Assembly (NCBI GenBank): GCA_964441745.1
Contig: CAYTYR010000001.1
Span: forward strand, 130,754-194,753
Length of the DNA stretch: 64,000 nt
Source of the DNA: an uncultured Clostridia bacterium
GTDB lineage: Bacteria; CAYTYR01; UBA6262
Direction: 5' to 3'
Shown here: piece after piece, positions 9,401-18,454 of the stretch
Layout of the letters: each line of letters opens with the position of its first letter
Position numbering within the stretch: position 1 is the stretch's first letter
Notes under the pieces: generated by a model
Database searches by the model: none
Told to the model about the DNA's origin: nothing
Seen by the model: only the letters and a program-made list of their open reading frames with translations
Program-made: the position numbers and the translations under genes

Positions 9401-10382
9401 TTTCCCAGTCCTTAAAACCCGGCGCTCTGCCGTTAATAACCGGCAACCGGGACTCTCTGATATAAGCTTTAAATTTTCCCAAATGCACGCTTTGCCCGCC
9501 ATAATCGTGTGAAACCAGATACTGTTTGCTGAAATCCAGTTGGCTAATAAGCTTTTTTTCTTTGGCATACACAGAAACAAAATTAATTCCCTGCGGCGTT
9601 AAAACAAATACTGGGATCAGCTGAGAAAGCTGTATCATCGCCACTGGCCCGATTAGCCGGCGGACATCAAGAGAAGCGCAACTCCACACTAAATCAGCAT
9701 ATTTACCGATCAAGGCAATTTTATCCCTGGTTATACCAGTGGTGCACACTACCAATATAATAATAATTACATTATATTTCTTCTCCAGAAAACGCAGTTT
9801 TTTCAGCTTTTGCCAGTCATCCGCCCTGATTGTCACAGCTATGGTCTTATATCCCGCCTCTATGGCTCTTTTAACCCCCTGGCATTGATCAATACGCGCA
9901 TCTTTAAATATTACCTGTGCATCGGCAATTTTAAGTTTTTTAATGATCTCCGGAATGGGGCTGGTCAGCAGCAGGCTGTTCATGCGAGCGCCTATTCCCT
10001 GCACCAGCACCGATCTGGAAGTAATAACCGTGCCCGCCCCATCGCAAACAACAACCGCGGCCTCAATCTGCTTCTTTCTTAGCGCGAACATCAGCATTTC
10101 AGAAGCGCCATACGGTATGGAAATATTTTGCTGTTTAAGCTTCCTCTTTTTAGTATAAAAACCATAGTCCCTGATCTTGGACTCTATTATGGCTGCTATT
10201 GCTCTTTTGACAGTTTCAGTATCATTTACTTTAATATTTTTAAATTCTTTATATAAATGCTGTGCCAAGGGACAAAACCTCAACACAGGGTCTGTAATAT
10301 TAATCACTTGTCCATGAGAAACAGTCACATAAGAAGAATGATATCTGATTATATGAATATCCCTTTTGTCTTTACCAGCCAT
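9393..10382 (-). CDS. Conserved hypothetical protein (329 aa)
   Basis: Complete ORF in operon context between the MinD-like ATPase gene and the NifU-like gene. From memory it resembles the DUF2099/methanogenesis-marker-8-like architecture, but I am not confident of that. Confidence 0.4.
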   Translation of the reverse strand: MAGKDKRDIHIIRYHSSYVTVSHGQVINITDPVLRFCPLAQHLYKEFKNIKVNDTETVKRAIAAIIESKIRDYGFYTKKRKLKQQNISIPYGASEMLMFALRKKQIEAAVVVCDGAGTVITSRSVLVQGIGARMNSLLLTSPIPEIIKKLKIADAQVIFKDARIDQCQGVKRAIEAGYKTIAVTIRADDWQKLKKLRFLEKKYNVIIIILVVCTTGITRDKIALIGKYADLVWSCASLDVRRLIGPVAMIQLSQLIPVFVLTPQGINFVSVYAKEKKLISQLDFSKQYLVSHDYGGQSVHLGKFKAYIRESRLPVINGRAPGFKDWENG

Positions 10383-10385
10383 ATT

Positions 10386-11237
10386 TCATGCCTGCAGTTT
10401 TTCCCAGATCCTCTGGATTTCTTCTTTCACCGGGGTATCTTTATATTCCATGATAGTTTTACCTTCGACCATGGCTTCTACCACTGTTTTATCAAACCTG
10501 ACCTTGCCCAGCAAAGGAATGCTGATTCTAAGGCAATGTTCTTCTATCTGCCTGGCCATATCCTGGTTTAAATCATATTTATTAATTATTACTTGCGCTG
10601 GTACCTGGAAATGCTTAGTTACGTCAATCACCCGCAGGGCATCATGCAGTCCTGACAAAGTAGGTTCCGTAACCACTACGGCCTGGTCTACGCCGGAAAG
10701 AGAGGCAATAACCGGACATCCTATACCCGGGGCGCCATCAATAATAACCCAATCACAATTGTTTTTCTCGGCTACTGTTTTCGCCTGTTTTCTAACCAGG
10801 GAAACCAGTTTCCCGGAATTCTCTTCAGCAATCCCCAGCCTGGCATGCACCATAAGGCCAAACCTGGTCGTGGAGATAAACCATTCTCCAGAAAGATTTT
10901 CCTCCATCTTAATAGCGCCTGCCGGGCAAATATGACTGCAAAACCCACACCCTTCGCAGGAAACAGGATCAACAACAAAATCCGGATTTATAGCCTGAAA
11001 ACGACAGGCAATCATACATTTCCCGCATTTTTGACAGACTTTTATATCAATTTTAGCCTTTAGCCCGCTTCTAAATTCATGCCGCTCGATAATTTTCGGC
11101 TGTAATAGCAAGTGTAAATCCGCAGCGTCTACATCGCAATCGGCCATCACTTTATTCTGGGCCAAGGAGGCAAAAGCACCGGTCATTACTGTTTTACCAG
11201 TCCCACCCTTACCGCTAATAACAACGATCTGTTTCAT
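10386..11237 (-). CDS. MinD/ParA-family ATPase with inserted 2x[4Fe-4S] ferredoxin domain
   Basis: ISGKGGTGKT P-loop. Two CxxCxxCxxxCP motifs (CQKCGKCMIAC, CEGCGFCSHICP) are inserted after the P-loop. Confidence 0.75.
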   Translation of the reverse strand: MKQIVVISGKGGTGKTVMTGAFASLAQNKVMADCDVDAADLHLLLQPKIIERHEFRSGLKAKIDIKVCQKCGKCMIACRFQAINPDFVVDPVSCEGCGFCSHICPAGAIKMEENLSGEWFISTTRFGLMVHARLGIAEENSGKLVSLVRKQAKTVAEKNNCDWVIIDGAPGIGCPVIASLSGVDQAVVVTEPTLSGLHDALRVIDVTKHFQVPAQVIINKYDLNQDMARQIEEHCLRISIPLLGKVRFDKTVVEAMVEGKTIMEYKDTPVKEEIQRIWEKLQA

Positions 11238-11254
11238 ACTTATATATCCTCTAT

Positions 11255-11396
11255 TTGCTGTCCAAATTAGCTCAACGAATATAGTAACACACCGGGTTCC
11301 CGGTAATTATTCCGTCGTCAGGCGAGATTTCGCGGATTACTAAAATAATTACGCGGATTTCAAATCTCAAAATGGCTGATACGAAAAGCTATGCTG
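11255..11396. repeat. Intergenic direct repeats GCTGTCCAAWTTAG (11255-11268 and 11383-11396) bracketing a CGCGGATT x2 motif
   Basis: Seen directly in the 190-bp intergenic region upstream of the MinD-like gene. Confidence 0.5.
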
Positions 11397-11426
11397 TCCA
11401 ATTTAGACACATATGATATCTTCTAA

Positions 11427-11759
11427 TTAATGCGTCCAATCGATTATTTTAATATCCAGGCCTACTTTTTTAATTATAGCTTCCTTCATTTTTTGAACAT
11501 GCGGGCACGGATAACCGATAGGGTTACCGCGGCTGATACAAGAACCGATGACAATAGCTTCTGCGCCCCGTTCGACCATCATTTTAGCTCTGGCCACGGC
11601 CCTTTTCCCGGGACAACCGCCACAGGAAACAAAGCCCACGATCTCAACCGGACCACTGTTCTCAAAAGCCATTTTACCTTCAGCCGCCACCTTGAAATCG
11701 GTATTGCCGGGGCACATGTCTTCAGTTTGCTGGCATCTTATTATTCCAACTTTCAGCAT
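11427..11759 (-). CDS. CGGC-domain protein
   Basis: SCGGCPGK motif plus additional Cys residues; 110 aa. Confidence 0.65.
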   Translation of the reverse strand: MLKVGIIRCQQTEDMCPGNTDFKVAAEGKMAFENSGPVEIVGFVSCGGCPGKRAVARAKMMVERGAEAIVIGSCISRGNPIGYPCPHVQKMKEAIIKKVGLDIKIIDWTH

Positions 11760-11776
11760 TGATCATTCCTCCTGTC

Positions 11777-13144
11777 CTAAGCAATTTTCCCCATCGCATC
11801 CTGCGCCGCCAGAACTAGGGGATACATGGTTGGAGCACTGGTTAAATAAGGGTGAGTCGCCATCTGCAAGGTTTCCAATTCATTGATTGAAACCCGTTGT
11901 TGTATAGCCATCCCGATAATATTGATCATCTCACCGGCTGACATGCCACCAAGCACCTGGCCGCCCATTAATATGCCTGATTGCCGGGCAAAGATAAGCT
12001 TTACTTTTATCTTATTAGCTCCTGGTAATCCCTTAGGATGCTTATCCACCCCTTCTGTAGTGCCCACAATAATTTCAAACCCTTCTTTTTTCGCGCTGGC
12101 TTCAGTCAGACCGGCAGAGCCTAATACTAATCCATCAATATACGTGGAATAAATAGCTATTGTCCCTTTGTTTTCCCGAATTATCTTTAATTGATACAAA
12201 TTAGCCCCGGCCACCCTGGCTTCAGCAGTAGCCGTAGAAGCAAGCATAACTGCCGTATCCCGGCGGGTATAGAAATCCCTCTTGCCAGCGCAATCACCAA
12301 CGGCAAATATGTCAAAATCAGAAGTGCGCATATATTCATCTGCCCAGATTCCACGTCCTTTGCCCAAGTCCAGGCCGGCTGTTTTTGCCAGTTCAGTATT
12401 GGGAACCGCCCCGATGCCTAAAATAATACTGTCCACCTTTAATTCATTACCATTATCAAAACGTACCCCTTCAACTTTTTCTTTTCCTAAAATTTCAGTA
12501 ACTTTGGTATTTAAAATAGTATTAACCCCTTCAGCCTTAAGCTTTTCCTCGACCAATAAAGAAAAATCCCGGTCAAAAGAATTGGCCAATAACGCCGGCA
12601 GAACTTCTACCAGGTGTACCGTCAATCCAGGGATTTTGGAGATCTCATCAGCAAATTCGATACCGATAAATCCGCCGCCGATTATTAAAACATTTTTTGA
12701 TTTTTTAATTTCTTCGATGCAGGATTTGAGGTAGTCCAAGTCTTTATAAACCGGGTAAACGCCTTTTCTGTCTATACCCGGAATATTCGGGATAACCGGG
12801 TTAGAACCTGTAGCTAATACTAATTTCTCATACTGATATTCATCGGATCTGGTGGTGGTCACCAGCTTGCTGCGACGATCGATTTTAGCAGCTTCTCCTA
12901 GCACTACTTCAATATTATTCTTGATCAAAGCATCCATACCCAAAATATTGTCCTGAGGAGACTGCAAGCTGGAAAACATATAGGGGATGCCACAGGGGAT
13001 ACAGCCGTTAGTGATATTTTTGAGCACCAATATTTTCTTATCCGGATAATATCTTCTGGCGGTAATGGCGCAAACCATTCCTGCCGGACCGGCACCCACA
13101 ACCAGTATTTCAGTTTTATTACGCATAGCTTTATCTCCCCTCAT
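11777..13144 (-). CDS. FAD-dependent pyridine nucleotide-disulfide oxidoreductase (NADH oxidase/CoA-disulfide-reductase-like)
   Basis: ILVVGAGPAG and a second GGGxxG dinucleotide fold (LIIGGGFIGIE). 455 aa, though the true start is probably the Met at 13126. Confidence 0.75.
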   Translation of the reverse strand: MRGDKAMRNKTEILVVGAGPAGMVCAITARRYYPDKKILVLKNITNGCIPCGIPYMFSSLQSPQDNILGMDALIKNNIEVVLGEAAKIDRRSKLVTTTRSDEYQYEKLVLATGSNPVIPNIPGIDRKGVYPVYKDLDYLKSCIEEIKKSKNVLIIGGGFIGIEFADEISKIPGLTVHLVEVLPALLANSFDRDFSLLVEEKLKAEGVNTILNTKVTEILGKEKVEGVRFDNGNELKVDSIILGIGAVPNTELAKTAGLDLGKGRGIWADEYMRTSDFDIFAVGDCAGKRDFYTRRDTAVMLASTATAEARVAGANLYQLKIIRENKGTIAIYSTYIDGLVLGSAGLTEASAKKEGFEIIVGTTEGVDKHPKGLPGANKIKVKLIFARQSGILMGGQVLGGMSAGEMINIIGMAIQQRVSINELETLQMATHPYLTSAPTMYPLVLAAQDAMGKIA

Positions 13145-13191
13145 TGTTTTATTTCTTCATAACACAATAATTAAAAGCAAGATGCCTACTT

Positions 13192-13887
13192 TTAATCCCG
13201 CAGTTTGGCGTTCGGGATCAGCTTCTGACAAACTTCAAGGGTTTCACGAAGATATCCGGAATTATAAGGTTTAATATCCCGGAGCAACGGGTCCATAGCA
13301 TTTTTCGGATTAAACTGCTGAATACAATATTTGCGGCTGCCATTTAAAACAGCCGCTATTTCTGTTAACGCTGCCTTATTCAGAAAGGACGGGACAAAAG
13401 TAGTGCGGAATTCATAAGCCGGCGCCAAAGACAAGATCAGCCCAATGCTCTGCCGGATTGTTTCGATATCGATACTACTGGCTGTGATCTTCTGGTAAAT
13501 ATCATTCAAAGGAGCTTTTACATCCATCGCTACATAATCAACCAGCTTGTTTGTCAGCAGTTCTCCCAGTAATTGCGGATAAGAACCGTTTGTATCCAAT
13601 TTTATCGGGTAACCTATTTCTCTCAATTCCTTGATCAGGCCGATTAAGTCAGGGAACATGCATGGTTCCCCGCCGGTTATTACTACTCCATCCAGCCAAT
13701 TCCTCTTTTCCCGCAGAGTGGATATGATTTGTTCCCGCGGTATTTCCGGCAAATCGCTGTTTTCTTTCACTAGATCTGCATTATGGCAAAATGGGCAGGA
13801 AAAGTTACAGCCGGAAATAAATATAACCGCGCTGATACGGCCTTCCCAATCCACCATTGAGCTTTCAAGAAAACCCTTTATTTTCAT
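13192..13887 (-). CDS. Radical SAM activating enzyme (glycyl-radical-activase/NrdG/PflA-like)
   Basis: The N-terminal ISGCNFSCPFCHN pattern is typical of the activase subfamily. Confidence 0.65.
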   Translation of the reverse strand: MKIKGFLESSMVDWEGRISAVIFISGCNFSCPFCHNADLVKENSDLPEIPREQIISTLREKRNWLDGVVITGGEPCMFPDLIGLIKELREIGYPIKLDTNGSYPQLLGELLTNKLVDYVAMDVKAPLNDIYQKITASSIDIETIRQSIGLILSLAPAYEFRTTFVPSFLNKAALTEIAAVLNGSRKYCIQQFNPKNAMDPLLRDIKPYNSGYLRETLEVCQKLIPNAKLRD

Positions 13888-13891
13888 ATTA

Positions 13892-14323
13892 TTACTTTCT
13901 TGTTTCGCTGGAATGACTTCTTGTTAATAACTTTTCTTCTTTTAATGTTTCTAACATGACGCAAACCGTATGGATCACAATTATTTTATTATTATGGCAA
14001 TATTCTATTATCTCCTGATTTTCAGCCCCAGGCTGAAGCCAGACCTTGTTTATACCTTTTTGCCGGCATTCCTTTACAATATTAGCGGTCACAGCCGGAG
14101 GAGTAACAATATTTACAACATCTATTTTAAAAGGAATTTCACTGATATTCTTATAACAAGGCTTCCCGGCAACTTTCCTGGCTGTTGGATTGACCGGATA
14201 TACTTCGTAACCCCTGGCAATTAAATTATTAAAAATCCTGTAAGCTACTTTGGTTTCATTTTTAAATGAACCGACTATAGCAAAATTCCGCTGTTTTAAA
14301 AAATCACTTATTATTTTTTGCAT
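13892..14323 (-). CDS. CoA-binding domain protein (YccU-like)
   Basis: NFAIVGSF...YRIF..L...GYEVYPVNP N-terminal pattern of the CoA-binding fold; 143 aa. Confidence 0.6.
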   Translation of the reverse strand: MQKIISDFLKQRNFAIVGSFKNETKVAYRIFNNLIARGYEVYPVNPTARKVAGKPCYKNISEIPFKIDVVNIVTPPAVTANIVKECRQKGINKVWLQPGAENQEIIEYCHNNKIIVIHTVCVMLETLKEEKLLTRSHSSETRK

Positions 14324-15161
14324 ATTTTATGGTCTGGTACAGGATTTTAAACAATTCCTTATATTCAGGAAAAATCTCAACTACAAGTTTCCCTTGGGAA
14401 TACGCCATGGCGATCTCTTTTTTAAATGGTATTCTCATTAATACAGGGATGTTTTCTTTCTGACAATATTTTTCAGTTTTGTCATTACCCAGGTCTGACC
14501 GGTTAATCACCACTCCGAAAGGAATTTTCAGTTTTTTTAATACTGCTACTGCCAATATCAGGTCATTCAGCCCAAACGGTGTCGGTTCTGTAACCAGGAT
14601 GGTATAATCGCTGCCCTGGATTGAAGATATTACCGGGCAAGAAGTGCCTGGCGGCGCGTCAATAATTACGGTTTTATCAGGATTCAGGTGTTCTTTCACC
14701 TGCCGGATCAGCGGTGGAGACATCGCTTCGCCTATATTCAATTTCCCATGTATAAATTCCATCTGGCCACAAGTGCCAATTTCCACTATGCCAATCGTTC
14801 TCTTTACTTCCTTGATCGCATTTTTAGGACAGAGAGTACTGCAGGCCCCACAACCATGACATAGGTGCGGGAAAATCAAGGTCGTACCTTTTTTCCCATC
14901 TTGCCCAGGAAGTATAGCTATGGCATTATAAACACAAACTGCGGCGCACTTGCCGCAATAATTGCATTTAACAGCGTCAATTTCCGGGACAGGAATATAC
15001 GCTTCATGCTGACTGGTTATTTCCGGCTTAAGAAAAATATGCGCGTTCGGCTCTTCCACATCACAATCAAGAAACTGTGCCTGTTCAATAGACATAGCCA
15101 GATTAACTGCAACCGTTGTTTTCCCTGTCCCGCCTTTTCCGCTCGCAACTGAAATGATCAT
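14304..15161 (-). CDS. MinD/ParA-family ATPase with ferredoxin insert (paralog of 10386-11237)
   Basis: SGKGGTGKTT P-loop and two CxxCxxCxxxCP motifs. Same architecture as the paralog. Confidence 0.75.
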   Translation of the reverse strand: MIISVASGKGGTGKTTVAVNLAMSIEQAQFLDCDVEEPNAHIFLKPEITSQHEAYIPVPEIDAVKCNYCGKCAAVCVYNAIAILPGQDGKKGTTLIFPHLCHGCGACSTLCPKNAIKEVKRTIGIVEIGTCGQMEFIHGKLNIGEAMSPPLIRQVKEHLNPDKTVIIDAPPGTSCPVISSIQGSDYTILVTEPTPFGLNDLILAVAVLKKLKIPFGVVINRSDLGNDKTEKYCQKENIPVLMRIPFKKEIAMAYSQGKLVVEIFPEYKELFKILYQTIKYAKNNK

Positions 15162-15183
15162 CTATATTATCCTTAACCCCGGG

Positions 15184-15678
15184 TTAAATATGCTCGGCAA
15201 TAATTACTTCTTGAACTTCACTCTGAAATTCCTTAATATTAAAACTTTTATTAACAAAGTAATCCTTTGCCTCGTTTAAATAGTGCTTAAAATAATCGTG
15301 TTTTCTTCCTTCATGCGTATGACACCTATTAATGATCTCAAACCCTTTAGCGCTAAAATCACTTAGGACTACCTTCCCGGCTGGCCGCAATAAACGGAGT
15401 ATTTCATTTAAAACCGTCAATGGTTTTTCCAGATGATGAAATACATTAATAGAAAATATAACATCAATACTTTGGTCCGGCAAACTCAGGCCTTCCGCAT
15501 TCTCAATTTTGAACGCAACCTGCTTTTCTAGACCACAATACTGTAAGTTTAGCTTAGCAATCTTCTGCTCCTCTGCGGATATATCTATGCTGGTAAAACT
15601 AAAGCCGCGCTTGGCCAAAGCAAGGGCAAAATGCCCCTTACCGGTTCCGATTTCCAGAATTTGCCCAGCAATAGGCAA
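15184..15678 (-). CDS. Class I SAM-dependent methyltransferase
   Basis: ILEIGTGKGHFA motif I and VLSDF motif. Confidence 0.6.
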   Translation of the reverse strand: MPIAGQILEIGTGKGHFALALAKRGFSFTSIDISAEEQKIAKLNLQYCGLEKQVAFKIENAEGLSLPDQSIDVIFSINVFHHLEKPLTVLNEILRLLRPAGKVVLSDFSAKGFEIINRCHTHEGRKHDYFKHYLNEAKDYFVNKSFNIKEFQSEVQEVIIAEHI

Positions 15679-15841
15679 GGATTTATCAAGGATAAAATCT
15701 TTTTCCTTTTCTAAATCGTAACCGAACTTTCGGTAAAAGTTTACTCTTTCTAAATACTTTTTATGATTCTCAAGAATTTTCTTATCCAGGATAGCTCCTT
15801 CTAAACATCTAAATTTAATCCCTTACCCTGTGTTCCTTAGG

Positions 15842-16075
15842 TTATTCCCTAACCATACGAATCCCGCATTTAGGGCAATTCATAGATGCGCAAGGTGTAC
15901 CTGCCAAATGCGTAGCCTTGGTACCGCAAGAAGGGCAAACGCAATTGCCTCCTGGTCCAGCACCGGCACGATTTCCACCCATACGGCCCCTGCCACCACC
16001 TCTGCCAAAACCTCCACCACTGCCTGGACCCTGGCCTAAAGGTCCGGTCCCATCTCCTCTGGGCATATTAATCAC
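15842..16075 (-). CDS. DUF5320-like glycine-rich small protein with C-terminal Cys cluster
   Basis: N-terminal MPRGDGTGPLGQGPG motif. C-terminal CVCPSCG...CASMNCPKCG. Strong SD (AAAAGGAGGTGA) upstream. Confidence 0.55.
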   Translation of the reverse strand: MINMPRGDGTGPLGQGPGSGGGFGRGGGRGRMGGNRAGAGPGGNCVCPSCGTKATHLAGTPCASMNCPKCGIRMVRE

Positions 16076-16081
16076 CTCCTT

Positions 16082-16300
16082 TTATTCATTTTTTCTTTTT
16101 TCTTCCTTTGATAAAAATAATTTTGCGATTGCCTCGATTAAAGTTGCCAGACATCCTACTATAGCGATAAAACTGCTAGTTTTATTACCACTAACCAAAG
16201 ATGGCCCTGCCGTCGAACCACACTTCCCCTTTTTGTTCCCTGTCCCAGGGCCTTTTCCCCAAGGTGGGCCAGTTCCATCTCTTAAAGGCATCTTGCTCAC
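16082..16300 (-). CDS. DUF5320-like small protein (divergent)
   Basis: N-terminal MPLRDGTGPPWGKGPGTG repeats the family motif; hydrophobic C-terminus. Confidence 0.45.
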   Translation of the reverse strand: MSKMPLRDGTGPPWGKGPGTGNKKGKCGSTAGPSLVSGNKTSSFIAIVGCLATLIEAIAKLFLSKEEKRKNE

Positions 16301-16343
16301 CTCTATTTCATCTCTTATCTAAACAGCCTCTACCTAAAAAACA

Positions 16344-16511
16344 TTAAACTGATATCGCATCTTCTGGACAAACGCTTAAACAAGCTCCGCACTCTATACA
16401 ATCATTACTGATAACAGCTATGTTTTGTTCCATTTTTATAGCGTTAACTGGGCAGATTTCCTCACACCTGCCACAACCATTGCATTTATTCTTATTTACT
16501 TTAACTGCCAT
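16344..16511 (-). CDS. 2x[4Fe-4S] ferredoxin (56 aa)
   Basis: My own translation of the minus strand: MAVKVNKNKCNGCGRCEEICPVNAIKMEQNIAVISNDCIECGACLSVCPEDAISV. Two CxxCxxCxxxCP motifs. Not in the supplied ORF track (below the length cut). Confidence 0.6.
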   Translation of the reverse strand: MAVKVNKNKCNGCGRCEEICPVNAIKMEQNIAVISNDCIECGACLSVCPEDAISV

Positions 16512-16528
16512 TGTCTCTCCTTGTTACC

Positions 16529-16900
16529 TTACTTCCCCGGCATTCCAGACTTAGAACCGACACTTGGTCCGGAAACTGCCTTATATTCGCCTTTTTTAAA
16601 TTTCTCAACGGCCTCTCTGATCGTACCGGAAACTCCCGTAAATATTTCTATCCCAGCAGCTTGTAACGTTTGAAAAGCATTCGGCCCGACATTGCCGGTA
16701 AGCACAGCTTTTACCTGCTTAGCCGCGACTATTTGACCAGACTGAATACCTGCGCCACCCGTAGATTCTACGTTCGTATTCCCGATAACTTCATATTCTA
16801 AAGTATCTGTATCGACAATTATAAAATTCTGGCAGCGGCCAAAGCGCGAATCTACCTGGGAATCCAGGTTATTACTTTCTGCAGTTATACATATTTTCAT
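16529..16900 (-). CDS. Dinitrogenase FeMo-cofactor-binding domain protein (NifX/NifB-C-like, PF02579-type)
   Basis: SRFGRC hallmark motif. Start set at the internal MKICITAE, which is preceded by an AAGGAGG SD. Confidence 0.7.
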   Translation of the reverse strand: MKICITAESNNLDSQVDSRFGRCQNFIIVDTDTLEYEVIGNTNVESTGGAGIQSGQIVAAKQVKAVLTGNVGPNAFQTLQAAGIEIFTGVSGTIREAVEKFKKGEYKAVSGPSVGSKSGMPGK

Positions 16901-16914
16901 TATCCAAAACCTCC

Positions 16915-17313
16915 TTAATGATCGCACTTTTCTTTGTTTGGATGATCGCACTCGGTCTTGTCCAAACCATAACCCTTACCACCACCTGGCTGACACAGGC
17001 TCTCCCCGCCTTTTAAAGCTCCTTTGGTCAGATGCTCAATTGCTTCATCAATTTTTCCGCTGACCCCGACAATTGTCTTAATGCCATATTCTTCAAAAAA
17101 TGACACTGCCCGCATCCCCATCCCGCCAGCGACAATACAACTAACCCCTTGTTGATGTAAAAACTGTGGAATAGCGCCTGGCTGATGACCGGGATTAGCA
17201 ACTGTCGTTTTCTTAGTTACCTTGCCTTCTTCAATATCAATAAGAGTAAAGGATGGACATCTGCCAAAATGAGCAGACACAAATTCACCATCAGTCGAAA
17301 TAGCGATTTTCAA
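16915..17313 (-). CDS. Dinitrogenase FeMo-cofactor-binding domain protein, paralog with C-terminal Cys/His-rich tail
   Basis: AHFGRC motif. The tail CQPGGGKGYGLDKTECDHPNKEKCDH suggests metal binding. Confidence 0.7.
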   Translation of the reverse strand: MKIAISTDGEFVSAHFGRCPSFTLIDIEEGKVTKKTTVANPGHQPGAIPQFLHQQGVSCIVAGGMGMRAVSFFEEYGIKTIVGVSGKIDEAIEHLTKGALKGGESLCQPGGGKGYGLDKTECDHPNKEKCDH

Positions 17314-17340
17314 AATTAGCCTCCAAATCAGTTAAAATAG

Positions 17341-17375
17341 GTGAGGATATTAAGCAAAAAATTAGTATCCTCACC
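17341..17375 (-). terminator. Hairpin (9-bp stem) followed by T-rich tract between the large DUF5320 gene and the NifX-like paralog
   Basis: GGTGAGGATA...TATCCTCACC inverted repeat seen in sequence. Followed on the minus strand by TATTTT. Confidence 0.35.
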
Positions 17376-17380
17376 TGCCA

Positions 17381-17908
17381 TTACTTATTATTTTCTGCTG
17401 CTGCCATAGCTTCAAGATCTTTGATGCGCTGGCTTATGGTTTCAAGTTCTTCCTGCGTAGACTTAGCTTCTTTTTTAAGCATCTCTGCTTCTTGTTGCGG
17501 GGTAACTTCTGGTGCGTCAAAACCTTCGTAAGGACTCCCATAATAGGGCGCTTCCCCTAATGGATATCCCCCACCATTACCAACCCAGCCAAAACGCTGC
17601 CAGCGACCTCTGCCCCAACCACGGCCACGACCCCAGCCACGGCCCAAGCCAAACCCTCTGCCTCTACCGTAAAACTGATTCACATAACCAGGGCGGCCAT
17701 AACCACCGCAATATCCTGCTCCTCTTCCAGTCATTGGGCCTAAACCCATAGGTCCTGTTCCATCTCCTCCAGGCATAGCAAACACCTCCCTCCCTTTATA
17801 TTTTTGACTCTCATTATCTTTGGTATTAATTTTTATTATGCAATATCCCCGGCCTCCACCAGTCATCGGGCCTTGCCCCCTTGGACCTGTTCCATCAAAA
17901 CCTGGCAT
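17381..17908 (-). CDS. DUF5320-like protein with duplicated N-terminal motif, RG/GW-rich middle and coiled-coil C-terminus
   Basis: MPGFDGTGPRGQGPMTGGGRGYC, then a second copy MPGGDGTGPMGLGPMTGRGAGYCGG. Then (GRGxG/GWGRGRG) repeats and a charged helical tail. AAGGAGG SD upstream. Confidence 0.55.
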   Translation of the reverse strand: MPGFDGTGPRGQGPMTGGGRGYCIIKINTKDNESQKYKGREVFAMPGGDGTGPMGLGPMTGRGAGYCGGYGRPGYVNQFYGRGRGFGLGRGWGRGRGWGRGRWQRFGWVGNGGGYPLGEAPYYGSPYEGFDAPEVTPQQEAEMLKKEAKSTQEELETISQRIKDLEAMAAAENNK

Positions 17909-17963
17909 GACACACCTCCTTTTTGTTATTGAAAACCATTATCATTAAAGAGCAAAAAAATAT

Positions 17964-18440
17964 CTATTTATTCTTTATGCCGCATTTTTCACATAAGCCA
18001 TAAAACTGTATGATATGGTTAGTGATCTTAAATTTATATTTATTCTCTAACCCTTTCTCTGTTTCCCGTAATAGCTCAACTTCTTCATCAATAAAGTCTG
18101 TATAATCAAGCACCTTGCCGCAATTTGTACAGACCAAATGGTGATGATGGTTAGCCCCGGCTGGGCCTGTTGCCAATTCATAGCGGGAGCGGCCATCGCC
18201 AAAGTCAAACTTATGCACCATCCCGAGATCAGACAGGACATCTAAAGTCCTGTAAATTGTAGTTAGCCCAATATTAGGATATTTAAGATGGACTTTCATA
18301 TAGATATCTTCTGCGCTCAAATGACCTTCAGAATTAGACAAGATATCAAGGATTGCTTCCCGGCCTATAGTCAATCTGTAGCCACAACCCCTAAATTTAC
18401 CTTGCCACCATCCTTGTCTATTACAATTGCCTCTTGGCAT
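17964..18440 (-). CDS. fur: Fur-family metalloregulator with 22-aa Cys-containing N-terminal extension
   Basis: HHHHLVCTNCGKV and a C-terminal CEKCG motif. Winged-helix segment ILDILSNSEGHLSAEDIY. AGGAGA SD 5 nt before the ATG. Confidence 0.8.
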   Translation of the reverse strand: MPRGNCNRQGWWQGKFRGCGYRLTIGREAILDILSNSEGHLSAEDIYMKVHLKYPNIGLTTIYRTLDVLSDLGMVHKFDFGDGRSRYELATGPAGANHHHHLVCTNCGKVLDYTDFIDEEVELLRETEKGLENKYKFKITNHIIQFYGLCEKCGIKNK

Positions 18441-18454
18441 GGGAATCTCCTATA

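Noticed and set aside
9047-9580. Long version (177 aa) of the NifU-like ORF
   Set aside because: Its first 60 codons overlap the 3' end of the upstream gene in another frame. The conserved IscU/NifU domain begins after the internal Met at 9400, so the shorter start is preferred.
15918-16322. Proline-rich 134-aa plus-strand ORF
   Set aside because: It is the antisense shadow of the two glycine-rich DUF5320-like minus-strand genes. GGN codons read as NCC (Pro) on the other strand.
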